This document shows positions 36,783 to 50,985 of a DNA stretch of 64,000 nucleotides, in pieces; position 1 is the stretch's first letter; each line of letters opens with the position of its first letter. Below the pieces are notes generated by a model. That model searched no databases. It saw only the letters and a program-made list of their open reading frames with translations, and had not been told where the DNA came from. The DNA is from Octopus sinensis (lineage: Eukaryota). Position numbers and translations under genes: made by a program. The stretch covers positions 53,382,001-53,446,000 of the forward strand of contig NC_043000.1 in NCBI RefSeq assembly GCF_006345805.1, in the 5' to 3' direction.

Positions 36783-37699
36783 TCGCATCAATGTCATCAT
36801 TGTTGTTATCATCATCATTTTATATCCATTTTGCTATATTGTAATATGTTGAATATATCTATCCCAATCCTTCATTGTATGATATACATGATTAAGAGTC
36901 AAACCCACCAGTTAGTATTGCTGTATTTCACATTTTTGTCTGAAGTTTTTATGATTGATGCCCTTGATATTGAAAAAATAAACAATTCAACAATTTTCTC
37001 CACAAGAAAAATACGAGTCTGTTGAGTGTTAATATGTTTAGGGCTGTGGATATAAAAATTGCTAAATATATTTTGGAAACTTCCACACTTTGATAGAGGA
37101 TGAAAACTTCTCAATTACATTGCTGTTATTGGCAGGAACAACTGAAAACTGAACACCTTCCAAACTTTATAGGGACAGAAAATTCTAAACATGGAGTGGG
37201 GAAATGAACCACAGTTGTAATCACTTTGAAGAAGATATTTAAAAGGTAATTTTAGAGAAACAATTATGCATCTCCCTACTGATTCATTCATCAATGCTCC
37301 ATCAAGTACAGTGATGGACTTGAAAATTATGGAAGGAAGGTGACAGAAGATAACATTATCAAGGAAGCTAGGTATCAGATATATTATCTGGGGAGAAGTG
37401 GAATAGAAAAAGTTTTCAGATGTTCTACAATATAAGGATCAGAGGTAAAAGATGTTCAGGATTATAAGATGGAATGTTAGCAAAAATATATATGTCATTA
37501 GGGAGACATCTGAAACAGTGGCATACGCCATTACCGTAATGCTGAGGCAAGGAAGAGATATGGAATTTATGGAGGTACTATTATGAAATACTAATGCATG
37601 GAACATAAAGGGACTACATCTTACTGACCTTAAATAGAGACTAACAATTCAAGTTGGCCAATATTATCAGCAAGTTTATGATTTGCTTATGTGTCTAAT

Positions 37700-38135
37700 A
37701 TATCCTTTCTACTATAGACACAAGGTCTGAAATTTTCAGGGAGAGGACTAGTCGATTACATCGACTCCTGTGTTTCACTGGTACTTAATGTATCAATCTC
37801 CAAAGGGTGAAAGGTACAGTCAACCTCAGTGGAATCTGAATTCAGAATGTAGCAATGGGTGAAATACTGCTAAGCATTTCGTCCAGCATGCTAACGTTTC
37901 TAATTTCTTTATTGCCCAAAAGGGGCTAAACATAGAGGGGAAAAACAAGGACAAACAAACAGAATAAGTCGATAACATCGACCCCAGTGTGTAATTGGTA
38001 CTTAATTGATTGACCCTGAGAGGATGAAAGGCAAAGTTTACCTCAGCAGAATTTGAACTCAGAACGTAACGGCAGACGAACTACTGCTAAGCATTTCAGC
38101 TGGCATGCTAAAGCTTCTGCCAGCTCACTGCCTTC
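37700..38135 (-). mobile_element. two tandem SINE family B copies
   Basis: Two consecutive reverse-complement family B units (~37700-37905 and ~37910-38135). Confidence 0.75.
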
Positions 38136-39974
38136 TTATGTGTCTAATATATACAAAACATATCTTTATTTTTCTCCTGCATATGCTGCTATAATAATTA
38201 AAATAATCAGAGTATAATTATTTCTAATTAACTTTCAAATCCTGAATATATTAATGCTAATTTAACTACTGCTTCCTAAGTTATCAGAATCACCAATTGA
38301 TTTAATTCCACAAACATGCCTGCATGGAAAAACTGATGTCAAATGATGATGATTATGACGATGAAACATATGCGCTCACATTCACTTTTGTTTATTAAAA
38401 GATCATTGATGTATAATATGTAGGATATTGTTCCAACAACTGTATCATCAAATAGTCAAAACTACTAGATAAAAAGGTTAGTTATTACAAGTAGATACCT
38501 AAAAAGCTTTCTGATACTCTTTAAAAGCAAGTAACATTTGCAAACTAAAGTGGAATTACATTTTTCTCTAGGAGTCATCTTAAATATTTGCAATGACTCA
38601 GAACAAGCTTACAAGTGGCTTCCATCTGTACTTTGCAAATTCCCTCTGGGGTGAGTCATTTGCAGCTGAATTGAATTATTTCCTTGTATTATTCTATCAG
38701 TTTTCTTATTATTTTTCTCCATTGTTCATCCCAATATTTGTTTTCCCTTTTTCTAGTAATCACCTTAAGAGTTTTACTGCAAACAAATTTTTTCTCATCT
38801 TCATCATCATCATTGATATCACTTTACATCTGCTTTTCTTACTGGCACGAGTTGTATAAGTTGATACACACCAAGTCATTTACCATTGGGAGCTACAACA
38901 ACCAAAGTTTAGATGCTTGTTTTTGTGACTTGGTTTCAGTTTTGCAGCTGAATGTCCTTTCTAGTACTAATCAATTCACAGGGTGTATTGTGTTCATTTT
39001 CTTTTACATGTTACTATGGACAGCAAGCCTTAAAATCTGTGATTCAGAAAGGACTGAAGACTGAGCAGATGAACTCCTACCTTCACAATAAATCTGTTGC
39101 TGAAGTTGTCCTTGATTCCTGCTTTATTTACTGCACCATCGTGTGTATCTTGCACAATTCTCACTTCATTTCCTCATTTCATAGTGACCAACAAATTACA
39201 GAACATGGCATCCTATTAAATGTTCTCAGTGAATCAACAAATGCAAGGTATAGTGGTTTACTTTAAGCCAGTTATTTCTGCTGCAGGAATTACATCTTTG
39301 GTGCTTCTTCAGATTATGAAGCCAAATTGCATTTCATCAAAACTAACACCGTTCCTCATCAGTTGTGCTATCACTCTCTCTATAATCTTTATAATCTGAT
39401 TCAACAATTTGATATCTCAATAATTTTTCCCTCTGTGAAGCATCTTCATTGCCTTTGTAGCAGTTTTCAATGATATTGCTATGTCAATCATTGTGCATGA
39501 CACCTTTCTGTACTAACAACCAACTATCTGAGTAATGATCATGTATTTAGTTTCCCCAGATACTTTGAGCATTTCAGTAACTGTATCTCATGGTATTATC
39601 TACCACACTGCTATCAACATGAATTGCTAGTCCTTCTGCAGGGTCAGTATGATGTAGTCCCACTTTGTACAGGCATTCTCACTTTTAGCAGCCTCTAATA
39701 ATAAGGGAGAAATGCATATAAATGATGACAGTGCATCTGAAACAGTGGCATACGCCATTACCGTAATGCTGAGGCAAGGAAGAGATATGGAATTTATGGA
39801 GGTACTATTATGAAATACTAATGCATGGAACATAAAGGGACTGCATCTTACTGACTTGAAATAGAGACTAACAATTCAAGTTGACCAATATTATCAGCAA
39901 GTTTATGATTTAATTTAGTTTGTGTCATCCGCAACAATGGCAAGCATACTGTCATTATTCCAGATGTACTTAGG

Positions 39975-40200
39975 TGGTGAGCCGTCAGAATCATTAACAT
40001 GTCAGGCAGAACACTCAGCAGCATTTTGTCTTTCTTCACTTTCTGAGTTCAAATTCCATCAAGGTTAACTTTACCTTTCATCCTTTAAGGGTCGATAAAA
40101 TAAGTAGCAGCTGAGTACTGGGATCCATGTAATCAGAAAATAATAATCAATACCCCTTCCCCAAAATTGCTGGCTTTGTGCCAAAATTTGAAATCATTAT
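39975..40200 (+). mobile_element. SINE family B
   Basis: Conserved head and body, ending CCAAAATTTGAAATCATTATT. Confidence 0.7.
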
Positions 40201-41760
40201 TTCAGATGCACTTCACCCTAATGACATCACTGTTCGTTGTAACATACCATCTTGCAATCTCAAATATCTCTCATTTCTGATCCTCACATCGTAGCTCGTT
40301 AAAATTTCTTCTGTTCTACTTCACCCTAGCTGATGCCCAGTTACTTTTCTATTGAGTTAATAATGTTCTATACTATCACCTTCCTTCCATACTTTTCAAT
40401 TTGTCTCTTAGCTTATACAGGTCCATCACAACATGTCATTTTATCACCACATCATCTTCAATGTAGCAGAAAACCTTGCACTAGTCAGACAACTGGTTTG
40501 TATATCTTGGTAGATTATCACATACTGATTAAAATTAAAACAATATTTAAAAGCATTTTCTGTAAGCTAATTAATTTTACTGGGCTTTAAAAATATCTAT
40601 CATTATTCTCAAATAATATTTAATTCCTAGTCAGTAAAATTATGCGAATTTATAAGTGCCTTTAATTAACATATAAATTAAATGAATTAAATAAACTTTC
40701 TATTGTTTCTGCTAACAAGTATTGCTCAAACATATTTTCTTGCAATATCTTTGCTTAATTCTAGTATATCAGCATATTTCTACATATAGTAAATATTTCT
40801 AGTTTAGGTACAAAGTAAGACATTTGACGGAAAGAAGTTCATTTAAATCAGCCCCAATAATTAATTGGCACTCTAGTTTATCAACTACAGAAGTTGACCT
40901 GAGCAGGGCTTCAATTCAGAATATAAACTGCTGAAACAAATGCTGCAAGCCATATTTTTCAGGTGTTCTAACTATTCTGCAATCCTTATGCCTTTTTCTG
41001 CACCCTATAAAGAAACACAAAATATATACCTTAACTGAGAGAAAATTATGGTCACCTAATAATAGGTGAAATAGTTTTTGTCATTTTTAAATTAATTACA
41101 AATATTCCATTTTAGTGAATTTTTGTTCTGTGAAAAGTTTTCTCAAAAATATTATCAGTATCTTTGTTTTAAAGAAGTTAATACTCTTGTATACAATTTC
41201 TACTTTATTAACTTTTATTCAAATAACCACAATTCTTTCTTTTGGCCACTTGATTATTATTCACTGATTAAATGTAATAAAAAAAAAATGCAATGCCAGT
41301 AGAATGTGAAAATCACTGCCAGACACAAAATTTAGCATATTCAAAGAATAATAGTGATTAGACTGAGTTTCTTTTTTTTTTATTATTTTCCCTTTTACTT
41401 TTTGGGTGATTAAGCAGAGTTAAATGTTTAGGGGAGAATAATTTAGTAATGCCTCTAAAGATTTCTTTCTTTTTTCAATTTTGATAATTTTCTCTTTAAT
41501 TTGAACGCCCCTAATTTATGATAAAAATGTTAAATGGTATATTTGCAGAACTCAAAGTAGATATTATTAGCTCCCTCCAAGAAAAAAATGTTGTATAGGT
41601 TAATGATGGTCACAGAATATATTATGCCTATAATGAATCAATTGATTTAAGCGAATGTTTTATTAATACCGAAAATAGTATACATTTCCTTCGTTTTCTC
41701 AAAGAAATATTTGAAATGATGGAACTTTGTTAACTCATTGCCTAAGCAAATGAAGTCGAC

Positions 41761-41794
41761 AAGAAAGAAAGAAAGAAAGACAGAAAGAGAGAAA

Positions 41795-41866
<72 letters not shown>

Positions 41867-41895
41867 CAGAAGGAGAGAAAAAGAAAGAAAGAAAA
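41761..41895. repeat. (AAAG)n microsatellite
   Basis: Directly visible. Confidence 0.95.
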
Positions 41896-42439
41896 TGTTC
41901 ACTTCCAAAACAAATAGTTTACTATTTTAAATTTTCTCAATTCCTATGTACCTGTTCATAAATTTAGGCTGTTCTAAATTTCTCTCATTGTATATCTTTT
42001 ATGTATACTATCTACTATATCATTTCTGACTCATCTATCACTCACAATTGAATATCATTTGGTAGCTGCAGGCACCATCCTTTTACATCTATTTGTGGTG
42101 TCAATGTGGTTGTGAGCAAATATTAATGTCTTCTCAAATTTTGTACCCTTGATCTGGTGGTGTCTTAAAGGTTTGATTACTGGAAAATGAGAAGAGAAGA
42201 CTGCGTCGTAGTACTTTGACTAATAATTTATTTTATCAAAGGAGGATAAAAGATAAAGTTCATTTCAGTGGGATATGAACTCAAAATGTAAAGTACTGAA
42301 AAAAAGATTGCAATGGCATTTTGTCATATGCCCTATCAATTCTACTAATCCTCTATCCTTTGAAGAATGAAATGCAAAGGAAGTCAGTATTATGAAACCA
42401 ATGTCATGAATTGACAAGCAAATGATTTATTGGGAACTC

Positions 42440-42740
42440 AGCTCTTGATTTACCAGACTCCCTTTGGTCATGAGTGATTATGGGATTGCCCTTAGAAAGT
42501 TTCCCTTCAAGACACAAGTCCAGTCAAGATTGTTTATGAAAGACCAGCAGTCACCTATGCATACCAACTTGGTACCAGTGACATCACAACTCCTTTCTAC
42601 TGCTGAGTGAGCTGGAGCAACATGAAATACTGTGTCTTGTCCAAGGAAACAAAACACACAGCTTGGTCTGAGAATTGAACTCAAAACCTTATGATCATGA
42701 GCCAAACACCCTAAGCACTGAACCATATGCTTTCAAGCAC
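42440..42740 (-). mobile_element. SINE family C
   Basis: Homologous to 56960-57330 (GAAAGTT..CAAG..GTTTATG.AAGACCAGCAGTCACC.ATGCATACCA..CTGGAGCAAC.TGAAAT), with a tRNA-like head at the right end. Confidence 0.7.
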
Positions 42741-43899
42741 TCATATAAAAGAGTTATTAAATCCACTAATAATGCAATCTAATATTCACTGTGCTCAAAA
42801 AAAAGAGGAGATGGTCATGGTGGAAAATTCTTGATTACCTGTCTATTGAATTAAAGTTGATTTTGGGCTAAACAACAACAGACACAAAAAAAAACACATA
42901 TTATATTAAAATATGAAAACAGATTGTTGATGATGTAGATTGCATGAATGAATAATTGGCCAATGCCATTCAGAAACGATGCTTAGTAGAGAAAGCTATA
43001 GATAGGAAAAAGAAGGTGAATATAATTAGATTAGATAATAACTTACAATACAGTAAGATAGAGAACAGGTGGTATGAAAGGGTTAACAGAGAAAAGTTTG
43101 GTATAAAAGAACTTGAAGAAAACAAACAGGAAGCTTTTAAACAAATGCTTTTGCTTTTATTGTTGTTGATTGTAAATGATTCTCCAAGGAAAAAGACAAC
43201 AGTGATCAAAAATTCATGTTTGAATCCACGTGAATCTATTAAGAATGAACAGACAGGTTACTGTTTGGATCCTCACTCTTCACCATGCATCTTATGTATA
43301 AAACTGGTGATAATGTGTGACCAAAATTATTCAAAATCAAGTTCGTAAATACACAAATCAATGAAATGCAAAAATAAACATAAAACCATATTAGATGGGA
43401 AAATCTGTGCATTTTATTAACATTGTGTTTAAGAACATAAACTTGACTTTGCACAAATACTATGAACAAGTTTACACAGACTATATCTTTAAGCACACAG
43501 GCTGAATGTGTGTGGTCACCTTTCTCCTTTGTAATGAAATTAGCTTGAAGGCATTAGTTTCCAAACAAATTTTCATTGCACAAGAGGCTTCCCTAAGGAC
43601 CCTCCTGGAATTGTTTGTTTATCATGTCTGTATTAATTATTACTGATTTCATAACCCTATCTCTTTCCTACTATTACCTCTTTATCTATCATGTTGTTCA
43701 GTTGTTTTCTATTCAATTTTTAACCAACAACCAACATATAACTGTCTAGTGCTATATACATTATTAATCTTTCCCCTCTCACCTCCTTATACTGCTTTCA
43801 CTTGTACACTTTCACGTAATATCTTCTTACTGTGATTCACTCTTTTAATGGCTCATTTTCCACTTCACCCACTTAATAATGTTGTCTTGAATTAGTGGT

Positions 43900-44200
43900 G
43901 GTAAAAAATGGAAAAGAGAAGACATTTTTTTTTTGTGCCAAGAAACAAAGCAACTCCAAAGTTTGTGCTTCATGCTTGCATGCTGCAGGCAACCCTCTTC
44001 AAGAGTTGTACTACATTCCTCTATATGCTTTCACCACTCAACTCTTTCCAAATCTAGTTCTTACAAATTCTTCAAAAAGATTTGAAATTCCTTCCGGTTA
44101 CCTGGTTTACAGTCTTTGTACCACTTTTGTAGTCTGTGCAGAGGATGCTTTCCAATGACCAGCCCACTATAGAACAGTTTCTTTGGAATCCTATTATTTT
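43900..44200 (-). mobile_element. decayed RTE-like LINE C-terminal remnant
   Basis: Minus frame GLVIGKHPLHRLQKWYKDCKPG..LKNL*ELDLERVEW*KHIEECSTTLEEG loosely resembles the GRP..R..D..K.DL..W..LA.DR..W end of RTE ORFs. Confidence 0.35.
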
Positions 44201-45627
44201 CATACATTATATAATGATTGTCTCATCTTGACACAAGATAGCCCTCTAACATTCAGCCTGATTGTTCTGATTTACTTTGATTGTTGCCTGTGTGTAGATA
44301 TAACTTATCATGCCATGCATCTATCACCATAGAATTTTATAAAATACCAAACAGACCAAGAAATGAAATGATAGTGAGACATCTGTATGTCATTGGATTT
44401 AAGTGAGAAAAGCTTGTGTGACACATTTGTACACCCTTTTTGCCATAGTAGGTTCCAATAACAAGTATTGCAAGATGACTGCACTGTTTTAATTGTGTGT
44501 GTGTGTGTGTATATGTATGTAGAAGAGCTTATTTCCATACTGTTTTCTCAAAAACAACTTGACCTTTCTTTACTGTATTTATTTAACCCATAGATGAGTC
44601 CTTGACAGGTACTACCATTCCAGGTGAGATGGGACCTGGCAGTAATGGCAATTAAGGGGTCATTTCACATACCCTACATCTCCTGAACTCATTGGATTCA
44701 GTTAAATGTCACACCTAGGACAAAAATATATACCATACATATACAGATGCATACACACACACAAGCACACGTGCACACACACACAGATGCACACACATGC
44801 ACACACGCTCACACTGCACACACACACATACATATGCATGTGTCTGAGTGTTTTTATATGTGTAACTATGAATGAATGTATGCACAAATACATATCCTAT
44901 TAATGTGAGTTTGTAGAGTTGTATTAACTCACTTTATGAGTAACATATAATTCCAGCCAAAATTCTTAGTAGCATCTATTAGTAGAATATCATTTTTATC
45001 AAATTTTCTTAGTCTTAGAATAAAGAGGGTAAAAAGCAACAAAATTATCCAAATAGATCAATATGTTAAAACTGTATTTGAAAATTCACTTATTTTTGCA
45101 CTAATTACACTAAATCTTCTGTAGCAATATACCAACCAAACATTTTATTCTCCTAAAGATGTTTTATTTACCACCAATAGTGTGCAATTAACAGACTATA
45201 ATAAAAAGCCAACCAGGAGATTGATAGTCAAGCCCTGTCAAGATTTTGTATTTGAATGTATATCAGAAAGGACAAAAACTGTCTGTGCCAAATTATAGGT
45301 TTGGTAATAAAATTATTAGTCAAGAATTTATGGGTTTTTGACTTTTTGCTGCTCTTTACTTGTTTCAGTCATTGGACTGCAGTCATGCTAGAGCATGGCC
45401 TTGAAAGGTTTTAGTCAAACAAATAAATCCTAGTATTTCATTTTTAACATCTGGTACTTGTTCTACTAGACACTTTTACATATGTGTATATGTATATATT
45501 TCGTTTTTGGATTTTAGGAAAATTTTAGGAAAATAAAAATAAGATACAAGTGGAAATGTTACCGGTGAGTGTGTTACATTATAAGACCCAAAAAGAAAAT
45601 GACTCTACCCAGACACAACAGTATATG

Positions 45628-45674
<47 letters not shown>

Positions 45675-45923
45675 ATATCATGCATGCACATAAGTTGGTC
45701 CATGCTCTAGTGGTTAGGATGAAGCCTTTGTCAATGTAAGATCATGGTTTCAAATATTAGACCAAATAGAACCTTGTGTTCTTGAGCAAAACACTTCATC
45801 TCATGCATGGCACCTTGGGCAAGTGTCTTCTACTATAGCCTGCCATCTACCAAATCCACTCTTTGTGAGTGGATTTGGTAGATGGAAACTAAAAGAAGCC
45901 AATCGTATATATATATATATATA

Positions 45924-46096
45924 GGCGCAGTAGTGGCTGTGTGGTAAGTAGCTTGCTTACCAACCATATGGTTCCGGGTTCAGTCCCACTGCGTGGCATC
46001 TTGGGCAAGTGTCTTCTGCTATAGCCCCGGGCCGACCAATGCCTTGCAAGTGGATTTGGTAGACGGAAACTGACAGAAGCCTGTCGTATATATGTG

Positions 46097-46129
<33 letters not shown>

Positions 46130-46340
46130 GTTTGTGTGTCTGTGTTTGTCCTCCTAGCATTGCTTGACAACCGATGCTGGTGTGTTTACGTGTCCGTCAC
46201 TTAGCAGTTCGGCAAAAGAGGCCGATAGAATAAGTACTAGGCTTACAAAGAATAAGTCCCGGGGTCGATTTGCTCGACTAAAGGCGGTGCTCCAGCATGG
46301 CCGCAGTCAAATGACTGAAACAAGTAAAAGAGTAAAAGAG
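45924..46340 (+). mobile_element. SINE family A (full length; duplicated at 47244-47660)
   Basis: GGCGCAGTAGTGGCTGTGTGG head, GGGTTCAGTCCC, microsatellite core, AGTAAAAGAGTAAAAGAG tail. Confidence 0.9.
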
Positions 46341-46931
46341 TATATTTTTGCATGTCTTTGTGTCTGTTTTCCCCCTCCCCATCAATACCAATTGACAACT
46401 AGTATTGGTGTGTTTACATCCCCATAATTCAGCAGTTCCGTAAAAGAGGCTTAAAAATAAGTCTTGGGGGCGATTTGTTTGACTAAAATTCCTCCAAATA
46501 CTGCTCAAACATAACCACAGTCAAATAACTGAAATATGAGCAAAGAAACTAAAAGAAATGAATAAAAGAATGATTTCAATCAAATATCGTTGCAGTGGTG
46601 ACAGTCTGTTGAACTTAAACTTATCTATCAGTATGTGAATATGTATGAGAGAGAGAGAGGAGGGAATTTGTGTGCTTCAAGATGAATGTGCACTTTATGA
46701 AGTTGATAGACATTGCCAAAGGACAACTTCAATCCTGTTTTTCTGAATAGGTGTACTGTTTTTGGTTAGGATTTGGTGGCTATATGGTAAGTAGCTTGCT
46801 TACCAACCACATGGTTCTGGGTTCAGTCCCACTGTGTGGAACATTGGGCAAGTGTCTTCTACTATAGCCTCGGGCCTACGAAAGCCTTGTGAGTGGATTT
46901 GGTAGACAGAAACTGAAAGAAGCCTGTTGTA

Positions 46932-46994
<63 letters not shown>

Positions 46995-47243
46995 ATATCA
47001 TGCATGCACATAAGTTGGTCCATGCTCTAGTGGTTAGGATGAAGCCTTTGTCAATGTAAGATCATGGTTTCAAATATTAGACCAAATAGAACCTTGTGTT
47101 CTTGAGCAAAACACTTCATCTCATGCATGGCACCTTGGGCAAGTGTCTTCTACTATAGCCTGCCATCTACCAAATCCACTCTTTGTGAGTGGATTTGGTA
47201 GATGGAAACTAAAAGAAGCCAATCGTATATATATATATATATA

Positions 47244-47416
47244 GGCGCAGTAGTGGCTGTGTGGTAAGTAGCTTGCTTACCAACCATATGGTTCCGGGTT
47301 CAGTCCCACTGCGTGGCATCTTGGGCAAGTGTCTTCTGCTATAGCCCCGGGCCGACCAATGCCTTGCAAGTGGATTTGGTAGACGGAAACTGACAGAAGC
47401 CTGTCGTATATATGTG

Positions 47417-47447
<31 letters not shown>

Positions 47448-47660
47448 GTGTGTTTGTGTGTCTGTGTTTGTCCTCCTAGCATTGCTTGACAACCGATGCT
47501 GGTGTGTTTACGTGTCCGTCACTTAGCAGTTCGGCAAAAGAGGCCGATAGAATAAGTACTAGGCTTACAAAGAATAAGTCCCGGGGTCGATTTGCTCGAC
47601 TAAAGGCGGTGCTCCAGCATGGCCGCAGTCAAATGACTGAAACAAGTAAAAGAGTAAAAG
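47244..47660 (+). mobile_element. SINE family A (duplicate copy)
   Basis: Near-identical to 45924-46340. Confidence 0.9.
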
Positions 47661-48089
47661 AGTATATTTTTGCATGTCTTTGTGTCTGTTTGCCCCCTCC
47701 CCATCAATACCAATTGACAACTAGTATTGGTGTGTTTACATCCCCATAATTCAGCAGTTCCGTAAAAGAGGCTTAAAAATAAGTCTTGGGGGCGATTTGT
47801 TTGACTAAAATTCCTCCAAATACTGCTCAAACATAACCACAGTCAAATAACTGAAATATGAGCAAAGAAACTAAAAGAAATGAATAAAAGAATGATTTCA
47901 ATCAAATATCGTTGCAGTGGTGACAGTCTGTTGAACTTAAACTTATCTATCAGTATGTGAATATGTATGAGAGAGAGAGAGGAGGGAATTTGTGTGCTTC
48001 AAGATGAATGTGCACTTTATGAAGTTGATAGACATTGCCAAAGGACAACTTCAATCCTGTTTTTCTGAATAGGTGTACTGTTTTTGGTT

Positions 48090-48253
48090 AGGATTTGGTG
48101 GCTATATGGTAAGTAGCTTGCTTACCAACCACATGGTTCTGGGTTCAGTCCCACTGTGTGGAACATTGGGCAAGTGTCTTCTACTATAGCCTCGGGCCTA
48201 CGAAAGCCTTGTGAGTGGATTTGGTAGACAGAAACTGAAAGAAGCCTGTTGTA

Positions 48254-48294
<41 letters not shown>

Positions 48295-48522
48295 GAGTAT
48301 ATGTTTGTGTGTCTGTGTTTGTCCCCCCAACATCGCTTGATAACCAATGCTGGTGTGTTTACATCCCCGTAACTTAGCAGTTCGGCAAAAGATACTGATA
48401 TAATAAGTACTAGACTTACAAAGAATAAGTCCTGGGGTTGATTTGCTCGACTAAAGGTGGTGCTCCAGTATGGCCACAGTCAAATGACTTAAACAACTAA
48501 AAGAGTAAAAAGAGTAAAGAGT
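48090..48522 (+). mobile_element. SINE family A (its 5' half is duplicated at 46770-46940)
   Basis: Head, microsatellite core and AAAAGAGT tail all present. Confidence 0.85.
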
Positions 48523-49030
48523 ATTTGTTTCCAGACAAGGAGATAAACATCGACACTTATATGCATATTATTTTCTCAGTGAGTGCAAATTCAGAAAGGA
48601 AAGGATGAATGAGTCGGTTGACAATTAACAAAGTCCATATTAAATGTCTACCAACAGCCTAAGAGTCATGCTTCAGAATCTCATTCTGCCTTGGACTGGC
48701 TAAATCCAAATTAACTTAAAAGCATTTTGTTGAAAACCAGTTTTTGAAACATGATCAGATTGGAAAAAATAGTGCTATAGTGGCCTATTAACAGTGAGGT
48801 GAGTTGCTGTATTTTCTATATGTTTATATTTGCAAACCTGTCTTACATATTGCATTAAGTTCTTTCATTGATCATTGTACTTATGTACATTACTTCATGT
48901 CTTCTAATGACTTTTGTATGGTAAATGAATGTATTTTATGTATGATCTCTTGTAATCAAGAAAGAAATTTCTTTTGATCATTATCAAGAAGAGTAGGCCT
49001 TTGGATACTCTGTATTATACTATTATTCCT

Positions 49031-49482
49031 GGGCCTCACAGACGCAATGATGAAAGGCCGAGATCTCTGGAGATATGCTGTGACTGCAAAGACCTGACAA
49101 ATAATGTGAGTTCATGGCTGTTTCCTGCACCAATTTCGCATAGTCCCTGCCCATTCAAAGTACCTTGGATTGCAGAGCGACCTGCTGTGCTTACCTTGGA
49201 TAGTAGGATGACCTGCTGTGCTTGAGGAGACCTATTGTGTCAAGTGCATCAACATCAAAATAAATATCAAATGGAAATTGTAGTTGTGATACCTGTGCCG
49301 GTGGCACATAAAAAGCACCCACTACACTCATGGAGTGGTTGGCGTTAGGAAGGGCTTTCAGCTGTAAAGACACTGCCAGATCAGACTGGAGCCTGGTGCA
49401 GGCTCCTGGCTTCCCAGACCCCGGTCAAACTGCCCAACCCATGCTAGCTCGGAAAACAGACATTAAACGATGATGATGATGA
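49031..49482 (+). mobile_element. RTE-type LINE 3' end
   Basis: GLTDAMMKGRDLWRYAVTAKT* (RTE-like ORF end), then the 3' UTR shared with 31281-31670 and a (GAT)n tail. Confidence 0.75.
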
Positions 49483-49871
49483 TACCTTTCAGTGCCATTT
49501 TTTAAAAATAGGGCAAGGTTTAGAATGTTATAAATATCTCTGCTTGTATATAAATAATATTATTAATGAGATAATTAAACATTTTTAATAATGCTTGATA
49601 CAAGTTGAACTACCACTTCTTCGTTTCTGCATAAAATGGTTTTACTTTTACATGTTAATAAATTGCAATATTCTATAACAACTAGTTCCATACTGACACA
49701 AAAATCAGATATTTAAAAAGTGAAATAATATATGACATCTGTTGCTTTCTCAAGAGATTTAACATTACAAATGAGAATATATTTTAGACCAGATATTGAA
49801 ATCAGCATATAGCTTATTTTTTCTTTGAAAGACTAACTCTTGTATAACAGTAATAATGTTTCTAAATATTG

Positions 49872-50265
49872 TGTGGTGGAAGCATTCCGTCGGTTACGAC
49901 GATGAGGGTTCCGGTTGATCCGAATCAACGAAACAGCCTGCTCATGAAATTAACGTGTAAGTGACTGAGCACTCCACAGACACGTGTACCCTTAATGTAG
50001 TTCTTGGGGATATTCAGCATGACATAGAGAGTGACAAGGCCGGCCCTTTGAAATACAGGTACAACAGAAACAGGAAGTAAGAGTGAGAGAAAGTTGTGGT
50101 GAAAGAGTACAGCAGGGATCACCACCATCCCCTGCCGGAGCCTAGTGGAGCTTTAGGTGTTTTCGTTCAATAAACACTCACAACGCCCAGTCTGGGAATC
50201 GAAACCGCGATCCTATGACTGCGAGTCCGCTGCCCTAACCACTGGGCCATTGCACCTCCACCATT
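49872..50265 (-). mobile_element. tRNA-derived SINE (family C related)
   Basis: Minus head GGTGCAATGGCCCAGTGGTTAGGGCAGCGGACTCGCAGTCATAGGATCGCGGTTTCGATTCCCAG with A and B boxes. 3' part is shared with 28340-28510. Confidence 0.85.
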
Positions 50266-50927
50266 CTAAATATTATTAATTTATTAGCTTTGAAACAAGA
50301 ATTGTGTTAAATATGTTGCAATAATATTTTTCCATGAAGAAGTTTAGGTTAATGTGTTACTCAGGTGCTAATAAAAATGTAACACAAAAGTATACTGTAA
50401 AACACAATTGTACAAATGCTACCAGCATAGCAGAGATAGCTAACATATTTAACAGTGCAATATAGAATATTTGTAATGTGTTATAAGGTAACTAGATGGT
50501 AGACATTGTATTTACGCTTTCATGATATATAACATGTTGGCTAATAATCATTTATACTTTATATAGTATCACAAATGTAAAATGTATTAGTATTTTACAT
50601 CATGCCGTAGTCCTAATTCTCTTTATCTACTAGTTTCACAATCTTGTATTCTTTCTCTTAAGAAAAGTATGTAAATCAAACATTTTAACAATCGTGACTA
50701 AACGTTTTTCTTTCTTATTGTAATATCTTCAGGAAAGAAACTGAATGGAATAATGTCCATTTTTGTTTCTAATTCAGACGAAATACACTTCCTAATTTTT
50801 GTGATTTTTGTGTTTTATGTTGAAATAGCTTTTCTCCCCATGAATCTCATTTATCTATATGTATCTTCTTCCTTTTCCCATCTCCCTTACTCTATGTGCT
50901 CCTATGAGTTCTATATATTTCTTCCTT

Positions 50928-50985
<58 letters not shown>

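Larger units (their letters stand above)
45625..48270 (+). repeat. near-identical ~1.32-kb tandem duplication
   Basis: 45661 aligns with 46981 and 45901 with 47221 (period 1320-1322). Differences seen are microsatellite lengths and one substitution near 46370/47692. Confidence 0.95.

Noticed and set aside
42956-43348. 130-aa plus-strand ORF
   Set aside because: Non-ATG start, a poly-Leu patch from T-rich sequence, no recognisable domain and no convincing splice sites. The antisense frame is a typical S/F/L-rich shadow.
50190-50265. tRNA-like sequence with A and B boxes (also at 28590-28650, 57270-57330 and the SINE A/B heads)
   Set aside because: Each continues directly into a multicopy SINE body with no proper acceptor stem or terminator, so these are SINE heads, not tRNA genes.
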